DNA of 64,000 nucleotides from Nanobdellota archaeon (GTDB taxonomy: Archaea > Nanobdellota > Nanobdellia > Woesearchaeales > UBA583), in the NCBI GenBank assembly GCA_022565615.1, contig JAIUMM010000001.1, positions 11,680 through 75,679 on the forward strand, given 5' to 3'. A program made the position numbers and the translations under genes. The notes under the pieces are model-generated. The model ran no database searches. It saw only the letters and a program-made list of their open reading frames with translations, and had not been told where the DNA came from. Below, in pieces: positions 49,448 through 61,136 of this stretch (the stretch's first letter is position 1; each line of letters starts with the position of its first letter).

Positions 49448-50029
49448 TTATTTTCTCACAAATAATTTAAAATCTTCTTGGTCATTCATCTCTTGAATAA
49501 TTCTTTGAACTAATGCTTTAATGGGATCACCTAAAAATGAACATCTTTTTTCAATATCTTCAAAACTTTCAAAAAATTTATCATCTCTTTGCTCTAGAAT
49601 TTGTTTTAAATATTTTTTTCAAACTCCTGGAATTAATTCAAGTGCATGTTTTCTAATTGTAATTGCTCCAATATTGTTGAAAAATGAAACAAATTGCTCT
49701 TCTTTTTCTTTCACAATATCATAAATTACATATTCAAGTTCAGCATTAGCATCAGGAGTTAATTTGTCTGGCCAAATAGCTCTTTTAATAAATTGAATTT
49801 CATCTCTTTTACCATCTCCAATATATACTTTATCTCCCATTTTTATAGTAATACCTGGCTTTGGAGCAAGTTCTAAAAGAGTAAATAATGTAGTCCCAAT
49901 TGCTTGTACATTCATCTCATCTTTAAATTGTGAAGGAGAATAGACATCTAGGACTACAGCATACTCTTCTCTTGGAGCTTCTTTTTTTGGTGAATTAAAT
50001 TTTTTATTAGTTCGAGATTCCATTTTCAA
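49448..50029 (-). pseudogene. DUF655-family protein interrupted by an in-frame TGA at 49619-49621
   Basis: EEYAVVLD, FTLLEL and HALELIPGV*KKYLKQILEQRDDKFFESFEDIEKR..DPIKALVQRIIQEM..KLFVRK*. The frame stays open to TAA at 49448, in the usual rpl21e-rpo4-DUF655 context. Confidence 0.85.
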
Positions 50030-50197
50030 TTATATGTTTGTATTGTATTTGTTTGTGATTTATAAATTTATTTTATCTTTTTATCGTAAATTTAATATTA
50101 TAGTTATTACAACTATTATTTATTTTAATACTATTTAATGTCAATTATTTTTTATGATTTTTAAAAATAAATGAAATTTGTAACTAATATCTAAATA

Positions 50198-50536
50198 TTA
50201 GTATTTTTTTAAAATTGATAAAATCTGTTCGACTGTCTCATCAACTACAATCACACCTCCGTGACTAATAATTGATCTTAGTTCAGTTCCATTTTTAGGC
50301 ATAATTTCTAAAATTTTAATTAGTTGTGCCTCTTCAATTCTTGCAATATTTAAATCTTTTAGTTCTTGAAGTGCTGTTTCAAATTCAGAACTTGATAATT
50401 TATTAAATTTTTTTAAATATTCAAGTACTTTCTCTTCTCTATATGTAAGTTCTCTCTCTTCTAGTTTAGAATTAAGATTTTCCATAATTTTGGAGGAGTG
50501 AGTTGGTTTTTTGTTAACAATTTCATAATTTGCCAT
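50198..50536 (-). CDS. rpo4: RNA polymerase subunit Rpo4 (RpoF)
   Basis: ELTYRE..LEYLKKF and KILEIMPKNGTELRSI; lies between rpl21e and DUF655. Confidence 0.9.
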   Translation of the reverse strand: MANYEIVNKKPTHSSKIMENLNSKLEERELTYREEKVLEYLKKFNKLSSSEFETALQELKDLNIARIEEAQLIKILEIMPKNGTELRSIISHGGVIVVDETVEQILSILKKY

Positions 50537-50595
50537 TTTTAAAATAATAATGTTTGAAGATTAACTTCAGTAATTTTTAGATAATAAAGTTCTAT

Positions 50596-50883
50596 CTAAA
50601 TTTTTTGTAAGTGAACAGGATGAGCTAAACATTGTTTAACTTTATTTCCATCTTTAATTTTAACTAAAACACAATCTCCTTGTTTTCTAGTAACTTCTCC
50701 AACTCTTCCATGAAATCTTGGAAAAAACATTCCACCCATGTGAGATGGCTCTAATTTTAATACAACTCTCTCTCCAATTTCAAATTCCTGTAAAATTTTA
50801 GTAATTGGGAGTTTTCCTTTATTTGAAATTGATTGTCTCAACTTATATCTTGATTTTCTTCTAAATCCACCGATTCTTTTCAT
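50596..50883 (-). CDS. rpl21e: 50S ribosomal protein eL21
   Basis: GFRRKSRYKL, FEIGERV, PRFHGRVG and HPVHL. Confidence 0.97.
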   Translation of the reverse strand: MKRIGGFRRKSRYKLRQSISNKGKLPITKILQEFEIGERVVLKLEPSHMGGMFFPRFHGRVGEVTRKQGDCVLVKIKDGNKVKQCLAHPVHLQKI

Positions 50884-51140
50884 TTTTCAGCATGTATTAT
50901 ATTATAGCAAATATCTATTTACTACAACGTTTACTATAAATTAATATCTATTAGTTTTTAAAGCTTATCTTTTAGATTCTAATTATCCTTAATTATTTTC
51001 AAATATTATAATCATTATTAATTAAAAAATATTTTATTATCTTTAATTTTAAATAATTATGAATTAAGTTCAACTGTATTTGAAAATTAGAACTATTTTA
51101 ATACTAACTTTTATAAACACAATCTTATTTTTTTAAATAG

Positions 51141-51245
51141 ATGAAGAGAAGTTCAAGAAGATGGAAAAAGCCAGGTCAAATGAGATGGAAATGGCAAAAA
51201 AAAATTGTAAGAGCTAGAAAAAGAAAATTAAGAAATAATAGATAA
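51141..51245 (+). CDS. rpl41e: Ribosomal protein eL41/eS32 (missed by ORF track)
   Basis: Manual translation MKRSSRRWKKPGQMRWKWQKKIVRARKRKLRNNR* has the MRWKW signature; TATA box 23 nt upstream. Confidence 0.92.
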   Translation: MKRSSRRWKKPGQMRWKWQKKIVRARKRKLRNNR

Positions 51246-51361
51246 ATATTTTAATTTATATTTATTATTAATTTAAACAATTTTTTTTCTAGAAATTAAT
51301 TATCATTATGTTTGTATTATTGGTTTAATTATTTCTATTATATAACTATTATAATTCTAAA

Positions 51362-52087
51362 ATGGAAGAAATCAATGTATTTTTATTTAAAAATCAAATC
51401 TTATCTAAAATTCAGTATTTAGAACAATTAAAATTTAATTCAAATGATGAATTTTATAATATAACCAATATTCAATCTCAATTTTTATCAACATATATAA
51501 AATTAAAATCTCCAAAAAAAGTATTAGAATTTGGAACTTCTAATGGATATTCATTATTGGCAATAGTACTTGGAATTCTTAAGAATATTGAAGATTTTCA
51601 AACTGGTAAGTTTGATGTTAATAATAATTATAATATATTTGAGTTAAGTGAGTTACATTCAATTTTGAATTCTATTCAATGTGTTTCAGTTGAAATTGAT
51701 GAAAACAGATTTAACTTTGCAACTCAAAGAGTTTTTAATGATATTAATTTACCTTTTGTAGTAGATATTTTAAATATTGATATGTTTAATTTTCACTCTT
51801 TCACGTTAGAAAAAAATAATTATTTAAATTTTGATGTTATATTTGTAGATTGTAATCAAGAACGTTATGAAGAAGTGCTAGAGTATATTATTGATAATAC
51901 GTTATTATCTATTTCTGGTTCAATTATATTTGAAAATGTTTTAAGTCATAAACATTCATTTAATTTTATCTCTCAGATTAAAAATACTCAAGTATCAGTT
52001 AAAAACTTTAAATTTAAAAATATAGAATTCGATTTAATTGAATATCCAATTCATAACGGTTTTTTAGAACTTAAAAGAAAAACTTGA
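51362..52087 (+). CDS. Class I SAM-dependent O-methyltransferase
   Basis: KVLEFGTSNGYS, SVEID, FDVIFVD and IIFENVL. Confidence 0.88.
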   Translation: MEEINVFLFKNQILSKIQYLEQLKFNSNDEFYNITNIQSQFLSTYIKLKSPKKVLEFGTSNGYSLLAIVLGILKNIEDFQTGKFDVNNNYNIFELSELHSILNSIQCVSVEIDENRFNFATQRVFNDINLPFVVDILNIDMFNFHSFTLEKNNYLNFDVIFVDCNQERYEEVLEYIIDNTLLSISGSIIFENVLSHKHSFNFISQIKNTQVSVKNFKFKNIEFDLIEYPIHNGFLELKRKT

Positions 52088-54147
52088 ATTTCTTTTAAAT
52101 TTAAAAGTATAGTAGTTCTAGAGAAATGTTGAGATTTATTCTTATTTGAATTAAGTTGAGTATTTTTAGTATTTATACTTAATTCATCATAAAGTTCAAT
52201 ATTACAATTTAAATTTAATTCTTGTATAAATTTATGATATGTGTTTGAAGTTTTAATGATTATTGAATTAGAGTTATTATGTAAATATTTTTTCATTTTA
52301 AAAAGTGAAGTGATAATTTTTGTTATATTTAAATTTTCAGAAGTGATTTTAGGAATAGTTAATTCTATATTTTTATATGTATTTAAATCATTAAAAAATG
52401 TGAAATCTAATGAGTTAAACAATGTTAGTAATTCTAAATGTAATACGTTTGATGAACTTGAATTATTATGTAAAGTGGTGTTTAGAATATCTGTAAAACT
52501 ATTTTTAAATTTTTCAATGCTGTAGACTAAAATGGTATATTCATATATAAATTCTTCTTCATTTTTAATAATGGAAGTAATAGTTGTTATTTGCAACATA
52601 ATATTATTAATTTTTGTTAATTTATTATTCAAAAGAGAGAATATAATTAGAACTTTATTTTCCCAATTAATTGAAGAAGTATTTTCAAAAATGATTGTTT
52701 TAATTTCTTGAGTTATTTGTCTAAAAATTGACTCAATTGTGTAAATAGCATTTAAAAGAACATTTTTTAGTGATATATCTGAAGTTGAACTCAAGTTAGT
52801 TGGAATTTTAGTTAATTGAATTGTTAAATTTTGGGTAAATTCAATGATTTTTTTAAATTGATTTATTTTAAAAATTATTTTTTTAAAATTAAAATTAGTA
52901 ATTGTTATTTTTTTAATTGAGGAACTAAATTGAAGTTTTGTTGATGTTTCAATTTGGTTTTCAGATGGAGAGTTATTTTTTTGAGTTTGATTTGTATTAA
53001 GATTAATTCCAAGTTTTTTACATTGTTCTACAAAGAGTTTGTTATTAATATCGTTTGAAAAAAATTGCTTTAGTATATGATATTCAAGAGGATTTGAGTA
53101 AATTTTAGAGAAGAGAATGCTAGTTAAATATTGTTCAAATTTAAATGAAATATAAAATGGTGTATAAAATAATTGAGAAAAAGAGTCATCTTTAACAATT
53201 AATTCTTCTAATTCTTTAGAGTCATATTCAAAATGGACTCCATTTTTTTCTAGAAAGTCTTCTTTATTTTTAAATGGGTAATAAATTGGATAATTTGGTG
53301 CAATGTAGAGGGGAAGAGGCAAATTTTCTCTATGGGATGTTATAATTTCAAGTTCTACATTAGGAATTATTTTATAAAAATATTGAGTTGTAATATGGTG
53401 AAATAAAATGTCTTTTTCTTCTTCTATTACTTCAAGAGGATAATTACTAAGAGCACATTCAATAATTTCTGCTTCTTCAAAATGAGGAGAAGATACTTGT
53501 TTAGTAATTGAATAATGGAGATATTTATGTATTAAAGAGAGAAATTTTTTATTTGAACTAATATCATATAAAAATAAATGTTCATTAATTGAATAAATTA
53601 AATCTAATGAATTAATATGAGGAGTAAATAAAATTTTATCAAATAATAATTCTTCAACAATTCTAATATTTTCTTGTTTATGTTTATTTCTTGGCATTAA
53701 AAATGAAATATTTCTTGAAAAAGGAGTTTTATAATTAAAGTTTTCAAAAAGTTCAACTTCAATTTCCTCAAGTATTGTAAATTCCTTTTGAAGATATTCT
53801 ATTTGTTTTTCATAAATTAAATATGTTTTAAATTCATATTCTATTCTCAATATTTTAGTCCCAATTTCAAGAATAATATTAATTCCAAGTAAATGTTCAA
53901 GAGGAGTTGCAAATATTAAAAATCCTTGAGTTTTAATTTCATTGATAATAAGTTCATATTCAAGTCCAATTAAAGTTATATTTGAAAAATATTTCATACT
54001 AATTTCTTTTTCATTGACAATTAAATTTGGATTTGTTAGAGGAGTTGAATAATATTCTTGTTCAATTCTAAGTATTGAAGGATCTTCAAAATTTAATATT
54101 TGTAACAAATTAAATGCAACTTCTTTTGGAATTTTAGAGCCCCTCAT
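52051..54147 (-). CDS. Large hypothetical protein; N-terminal half possibly a degenerate ProRS-like domain
   Basis: 698-aa open frame with weak colinear resemblance to ProRS motifs (see findings). Confidence 0.55.
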   Translation of the reverse strand: MRGSKIPKEVAFNLLQILNFEDPSILRIEQEYYSTPLTNPNLIVNEKEISMKYFSNITLIGLEYELIINEIKTQGFLIFATPLEHLLGINIILEIGTKILRIEYEFKTYLIYEKQIEYLQKEFTILEEIEVELFENFNYKTPFSRNISFLMPRNKHKQENIRIVEELLFDKILFTPHINSLDLIYSINEHLFLYDISSNKKFLSLIHKYLHYSITKQVSSPHFEEAEIIECALSNYPLEVIEEEKDILFHHITTQYFYKIIPNVELEIITSHRENLPLPLYIAPNYPIYYPFKNKEDFLEKNGVHFEYDSKELEELIVKDDSFSQLFYTPFYISFKFEQYLTSILFSKIYSNPLEYHILKQFFSNDINNKLFVEQCKKLGINLNTNQTQKNNSPSENQIETSTKLQFSSSIKKITITNFNFKKIIFKINQFKKIIEFTQNLTIQLTKIPTNLSSTSDISLKNVLLNAIYTIESIFRQITQEIKTIIFENTSSINWENKVLIIFSLLNNKLTKINNIMLQITTITSIIKNEEEFIYEYTILVYSIEKFKNSFTDILNTTLHNNSSSSNVLHLELLTLFNSLDFTFFNDLNTYKNIELTIPKITSENLNITKIITSLFKMKKYLHNNSNSIIIKTSNTYHKFIQELNLNCNIELYDELSINTKNTQLNSNKNKSQHFSRTTILLNLKEIQVFLLSSKKPL

Positions 54148-54244
54148 TTTTTTAATAATTATTTAACTTTTTTTAAACAGTTGAATTTTTCAATAACTTA
54201 CACTTTTTAAAGTATAATAACTCAGTAATAATGATTAATAGTAA

Positions 54245-54592
54245 TTATGTTATTATTACAATATTTTGAGAGTCTTCATCAAAAAATGTATTTTTAATTG
54301 GAAGTTCTCTAAGAGTTTCATGAGTTACAACTTTACCATTTTCTAATTGTGCAATAATTTCAAATCTATCAAATCTAATATCTTGTAAATTTTCAAATTC
54401 TAATACTCTAATTTCTATTTTTGAATGTTCACCAAATAAAATAATTGTCCTCTCCAATTCTGCAAGACTCATTCTCATATAATATTCATCATTATAATAA
54501 TTCATAGGAATTGCAATAATTACAAGAATTGCAATAATTACTATCAATAATTGAAATACATCTTTGAGAAGAATTGAAGTTAGTAAGCTCAT
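54245..54592 (-). CDS. Small membrane-anchored hypothetical protein
   Basis: N-terminal hydrophobic helix followed by a short beta-rich domain. Confidence 0.6.
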   Translation of the reverse strand: MSLLTSILLKDVFQLLIVIIAILVIIAIPMNYYNDEYYMRMSLAELERTIILFGEHSKIEIRVLEFENLQDIRFDRFEIIAQLENGKVVTHETLRELPIKNTFFDEDSQNIVIIT

Positions 54593-54684
54593 TATTTATT
54601 TTATATTGAAGTTTTTTATTAATATTTAGAAAAATTAAAGAGTTGTAACAATTTCTAAAGAATTTAGTTTATAACAATTAATTT

Positions 54685-55239
54685 TTAACTAAATTTTCTT
54701 CCAATCCACGCAATATTGCTAGCCCATCTCGGATTTGTAGCATAAGGAACTGCATGCATTTCATCAAGAGTTGTTGTATTTCTCCTATTATGAATATAAT
54801 TCTCTGCAATCCACTGAGCTCCTCTATAAATTCCATCTTCAGGAGATTCAAATACAAATGCATTATTAGAATTATGGTCAAATGATCCAATTCCAAATCC
54901 ATTATGTCTATTTTTCCACTCTCCACTTTGCCCATATCCGGTCTCTTCACTAAAGTGTCCAATTAAATATCTTGTATCTAGTTGAAAATCCTCTCCTGCT
55001 CTTGTGAAAATTGGTAATAAATTTTCTAATCTTTGAAAATGTCCATGTTGCTTTAAAAAATTCTCTGCATTATCATAGTCAATTGGAATATATCTATTTA
55101 GTTGAGATGTTGTTGTAAGTTCAGGGAATTCTTCTACATTAGCATTTCCATATGCTTTACTTGGGGGTAAAATTAAACTTGCAACTCCTCCTCCAACAAT
55201 TCTTTTCATAAATCCTCTTCTCTTTATTCTTTCTTCCAT
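54685..55239 (-). CDS. GH73 glucosaminidase (peptidoglycan hydrolase) with Tat signal peptide
   Basis: KRRGFMK plus h-region and AYG. Catalytic region HFSEETGYG, HNGFGIGSFD, and the YATNPRWA (YATDP-type) motif. Confidence 0.88.
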   Translation of the reverse strand: MEERIKRRGFMKRIVGGGVASLILPPSKAYGNANVEEFPELTTTSQLNRYIPIDYDNAENFLKQHGHFQRLENLLPIFTRAGEDFQLDTRYLIGHFSEETGYGQSGEWKNRHNGFGIGSFDHNSNNAFVFESPEDGIYRGAQWIAENYIHNRRNTTTLDEMHAVPYATNPRWASNIAWIGRKFS

Positions 55240-55353
55240 TTTTCCAATGTAGGAAGAATTGAACTAACTTCATAAGAGTTTATCATACAATTATTTGTAT
55301 ATTTGTATTTATATGGATTAAAATTAAAATAATTAAAATTTTATTAAAATAAT

Positions 55354-57102
<1,749 letters not shown>

Positions 57103-57229
57103 TTATACTTTGAAGAAAAACAAAGACGTTTATAAAATTTTGGGGGGAGAGAAAGAATTTAGATTATAAATTTATTCTAATATCTCAGATTAATTTATAA
57201 ATTATGACTTGTTACTACTATTAGTTAAA

Positions 57230-58252
57230 ATGTCAAAAAAATCTTTTAATAAATTACCTCCCACAGGATTTATGCTTGCAAGTTCTATTTTAGGAATTGA
57301 GGGTGCTAATTATTCTAGAAAATTAATTGAAGAGGGAATAAATAAAGATTATACATTTGGAAATAATGTTATGAGAAGTGTCTGTTCACAATCAAATCAA
57401 ACTCCAAGAAATTATGGGGAATCTGAATTTTTAAAAACTGAGTTATCTTCAGTTGATGCAATTAGAGCTTTTGCAAGACGATTTGAGATTTCAATTAAAT
57501 CATTATCAGTTGAAGCACAGCGTTCAATTAATTTAGGGTATGAACCACAAGATGTGAGAAAATTTCATATGAAAGAATTAAATTTTGAAGATAATGAAGA
57601 TCCTTTAATTTTATTTTCTAAGAGAAGAAAATCTTCTCTTGAATCAAAAATTGTTAAAACATTTGAGAGAATTACAAAATATAGAAAGACTGAATTTGGA
57701 AAAAGAGATGAAAATTTTGAAATGTTAAAATCTTCTTTTCAATGTTTAGAAGAAGATTTTGGTTATAACTTACTTAGTTGGAGAAGCTCAAGAGAAACTC
57801 CATTTGAAATATGTGACATTTGTTCTTCAGATTTTTCTGCTGTAACATATGTTATAAATTCTACAAGATTAAATAGTGAAGGAGAAATTGAAGAAATAAC
57901 TAATAGGAATGAGTTAAGAAAGAGAATTGATTTAGTTCTTTCATATGCAATATTTGGAGGGAATAGAATGATTTTTAATGAGAAAGATAATTTTCAAAAA
58001 GATGAAAGAGATAGGGCATTATCTTTTTATACTCAAAATCCTAGGACATTTAGAGCATTTGAAACGAGAATTATTACTCCAAGAGATTTAATTGAAGCTA
58101 CAATTGGAGATAGATATCATGATGGATATAAAGTAATTCAGCAAGGGAAGATTGAAGAGTTACGAAGAGAAGACCCATTTTTTGCAAAGTTAGTAAATAA
58201 TACTTTAGACAAATACAGGTATTCAAGTTTTAGTGAATTATGTAAAAAATAA
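57230..58252 (+). CDS. Hypothetical protein
   Basis: Long ORF, probable ATG at 57230; no recognised motif. Confidence 0.6.
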   Translation: MSKKSFNKLPPTGFMLASSILGIEGANYSRKLIEEGINKDYTFGNNVMRSVCSQSNQTPRNYGESEFLKTELSSVDAIRAFARRFEISIKSLSVEAQRSINLGYEPQDVRKFHMKELNFEDNEDPLILFSKRRKSSLESKIVKTFERITKYRKTEFGKRDENFEMLKSSFQCLEEDFGYNLLSWRSSRETPFEICDICSSDFSAVTYVINSTRLNSEGEIEEITNRNELRKRIDLVLSYAIFGGNRMIFNEKDNFQKDERDRALSFYTQNPRTFRAFETRIITPRDLIEATIGDRYHDGYKVIQQGKIEELRREDPFFAKLVNNTLDKYRYSSFSELCKK

Positions 58253-58270
58253 ACTAAACTAGTTTAAATA

Positions 58271-59302
58271 TTAAAACCAGCTCTTTGGATAGACTCCTTT
58301 GTGCATAAATACTTTTTCAGTCTTTATAGCAGCTCCTTTATCTTTTTTTAATATTTCACTTCCACTCATAAATGCTGTTCCAATTGCAACTAACTCTCCT
58401 CTTCCACTCATTAAAGCAACTTCTTCTCCCATATCAATTTCATCATCTACTAATAATATACCAGGAATTCCAACATCTGAGCCATGAGTAATTGTTGAGA
58501 TAGCAGTATCTCTAAGCACTACTTTTTTTAAATCATCAAGTAATTCTTCCATTGGTAAAATGTGTTGTCTGAGTTTTAATTCAATTTTCTTTAAAGTGTC
58601 TTGTATTTCATTTTGTTTTGCTACATCTTTTTCTTTTTTTAGTTTCTTTTCATACTCTTTATATACATCCCACAATGAATGTAGTTCATCAGTTGAGATG
58701 AGTGCAGGACTTTTTTCATCTTTTGGTCCTGCTTTTAATCTTCTAAGTTCCATCATTTGAGCATTCACTTTTAAGCTCTCTCCAATATCTGTACAGAGCT
58801 TTCGAATATATGTTCCATGTTGACACATCACTTCAAATAATACATATTGATTTTCTTGACTTGTTTCAATAACTTCTAATTTGTAAATTTCTCTCTCTCT
58901 TGCTCTTCTTTTCACAGCTGAAATTAAAGGTGGAGTTTGCATAATTTTACCTCTAAATTTTTGAAGAGTAAGTTCAAGTTGAGCATCACTTACTGGTTTG
59001 TGAATATACATTAAACACATATACGTTTTAGGTGATTTGAGCATATATTCCATTAAACGAGTTGCTCTATTAAGACCAATAATCAAAACTCCACTTACTT
59101 GTGGGTCAAGTGTTCCACTATGTCCTGCTTTTTCAACTTTTAAAATATTCTTTACATTTTCAACAACTTTATGTGAAGTTGGGCCACAGTCTTTATCAAC
59201 AACTAAACAACCAGTATCAAGAAGTTCTCTAAGAGTTCTTTTATGTGGTTCACATCCAAATTTTTGAGAAATAGAATCATTAAATTTTTGTTTCATAACC
59301 AT
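58271..59302 (-). CDS. cbf5: H/ACA pseudouridine synthase Cbf5 (TruB family)
   Basis: GPTSH, KAGHSGTLDP, GTYIRKLC and a C-terminal PUA domain. Confidence 0.97.
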   Translation of the reverse strand: MVMKQKFNDSISQKFGCEPHKRTLRELLDTGCLVVDKDCGPTSHKVVENVKNILKVEKAGHSGTLDPQVSGVLIIGLNRATRLMEYMLKSPKTYMCLMYIHKPVSDAQLELTLQKFRGKIMQTPPLISAVKRRAREREIYKLEVIETSQENQYVLFEVMCQHGTYIRKLCTDIGESLKVNAQMMELRRLKAGPKDEKSPALISTDELHSLWDVYKEYEKKLKKEKDVAKQNEIQDTLKKIELKLRQHILPMEELLDDLKKVVLRDTAISTITHGSDVGIPGILLVDDEIDMGEEVALMSGRGELVAIGTAFMSGSEILKKDKGAAIKTEKVFMHKGVYPKSWF

Positions 59303-59397
59303 TATTATACATATTTAAATACAGATATAATTATAAACTTTTAGAAAAATATATCTAGAAGAGGGAGGAGGGAGAGATTTGTTTTTAAAAGAGGGTT

Positions 59398-60627
59398 TTA
59401 TTTTTTTTCTAAATTTGAAATTAGATTTTTTAACCTTCTAATTAAGTCATCATATGTGATTATATCTACAATATTTTTGTATTTTCTTTTTATAATCTCA
59501 AAATCTTTTATTTGTTCAACATTTAAATCCTTTTCCTGACCCATTACTATAATTCCATTAGGATTTACAACATTTAAATCTAAATCTTGAGGGATTTTTC
59601 TATTTTTCTTATAATTTTCAGTTAGTTTTTTTTCTCCTATTTCTCCCCATCGTTTTAAATAATAAATATATTTTTCCAATTGCATTATTGTACCTATCAA
59701 ATCTCTTTTAGGAATATAATTTTTCCTGTAAGTTGGTTTTTCTGAAATAATGTGATTTAATTTTGGACTTTTTATTTCAATAATATCTAAATTGCCATTA
59801 TTATCTACTAAAACAAAATCTAAATATCTATTTTTATTTGAATCTGCTTTAATATTAACATTTTCTAGTAAAACTATATATTTTGGATATAATAATAGGA
59901 GAATATCAAATATTTCTTTTTGCCAAATTTTTTCAGCAATTATATTTTTTTCAGATAACATATTTTCTAATTTATTTAAAATTTTTTTATATTTCACCAA
60001 TTCATATTCTTTGAACTCATCAAATATAAATTTTCCTTTATAGGTGTTTTTTTTATTTAAATAATTTTGAAATTTTTCAACACCTTCTACAGTACTTTCA
60101 AGATAATCGCTAAGAATTGGAGTTATTTTTGAATCAACATATTTTTGTATTTCGTAATAATTAGGAATTTCTTTTTTTATACGAAATAAAACTTCAATTG
60201 GAATCATATTTATATTATTTCCACCTATATAAATATCTTCTTGAACTAATTTATCAATTTTATTCAAAAAATTAATTTTAATTTTAGGTGTTCGTTTTAT
60301 TAAAAATAGATCTAAATTAATATTTATAGATTTATGAATATAAATATTATTTTTTTGTAATAATATATTTTCTAAAATTTTAAAGTATTCTTTATCATTG
60401 TCTAATTCACCAATTTTAAACTCTACTTTGCTATTTTTTTCTAAATCTTCAGAATATTCTTTTCTTTTATTATCGTTAAAACTTATCAAATTATTTGATT
60501 TAAGATGAAATATTTTTTCAGAAACAAAATTATTATCATCTATATATTTTTTTATCCAATCAATTGTAAATTCAGATTCAATAATTAAGATTAAATTTCC
60601 TTTTCTTTTTTCTAAAGTAAGTTCCAT
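59398..60627 (-). CDS. sduA: Shedu (SduA, DUF4263) anti-phage nuclease
   Basis: E..WQ, YLDFVLVD..LDIIEIKSP (PD-(D/E)xK), IMQLEKY, GIIVMG and IITYDDL. Confidence 0.88.
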   Translation of the reverse strand: MELTLEKRKGNLILIIESEFTIDWIKKYIDDNNFVSEKIFHLKSNNLISFNDNKRKEYSEDLEKNSKVEFKIGELDNDKEYFKILENILLQKNNIYIHKSININLDLFLIKRTPKIKINFLNKIDKLVQEDIYIGGNNINMIPIEVLFRIKKEIPNYYEIQKYVDSKITPILSDYLESTVEGVEKFQNYLNKKNTYKGKFIFDEFKEYELVKYKKILNKLENMLSEKNIIAEKIWQKEIFDILLLLYPKYIVLLENVNIKADSNKNRYLDFVLVDNNGNLDIIEIKSPKLNHIISEKPTYRKNYIPKRDLIGTIMQLEKYIYYLKRWGEIGEKKLTENYKKNRKIPQDLDLNVVNPNGIIVMGQEKDLNVEQIKDFEIIKRKYKNIVDIITYDDLIRRLKNLISNLEKK

Positions 60628-60848
60628 AAATAATTTTTAATTTTGATTCTTTTTAAATATATTTTTTAAATTGGAAAATAGTTCCAAAAAAAATTAAAAA
60701 GAAAAGTTAACTACTTCTATTTAAGGGAAAAATCATTAAAATGTTAAGAAAATCTAAAAAGTGAAGTAAAATATTTTTTACGAATGAAGAATCAAATTAC
60801 AATTAGTGGTAATAAATTTATTTAAAATAAATCAATTTATAAGCTATT

Positions 60849-61136
60849 ATGAAAACAACAAAAGTTTTACAATTAATTACTGCTATTTTAGAAGGAATTT
60901 TAGCAGTTCCAATTTTAGGAGGTTTATTAGTAATTTCTACACTTTGGACAATTTTAGGTGTTGCACTAGTATTACATATAGTAACATTAGTTATAGCAAG
61001 TAGGGAAGGATATTCATTTTCAGGAAGTATTGTAGGAGTTATAGCATCAGTTCTAGGTTGGATTCCAGTTGTAGGTTGGGGATTACATACAGCAGCAGCA
61101 ATTACATTACTTGTAAATTTTGTAAGTAAAAAATAA
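60849..61136 (+). CDS. Small 3-TM membrane protein
   Basis: ILAVPILGG / LGWIPVVGWGLH internal repeat; stop overlaps the next start. Confidence 0.8.
   Translation: MKTTKVLQLITAILEGILAVPILGGLLVISTLWTILGVALVLHIVTLVIASREGYSFSGSIVGVIASVLGWIPVVGWGLHTAAAITLLVNFVSKK

Noticed and set aside
49619-49621. Genome-wide UGA=Gly/Trp recoding or selenocysteine
   Set aside because: It is a single instance, other long genes have no internal TGA, TGA serves as a stop at two genes, and the aligned residue is Gly rather than Cys.
50884-51361. Replication origin in the long AT-rich gap
   Set aside because: The gap contains rpl41e, and there are no ORB-like repeats or adjacent orc1/cdc6.
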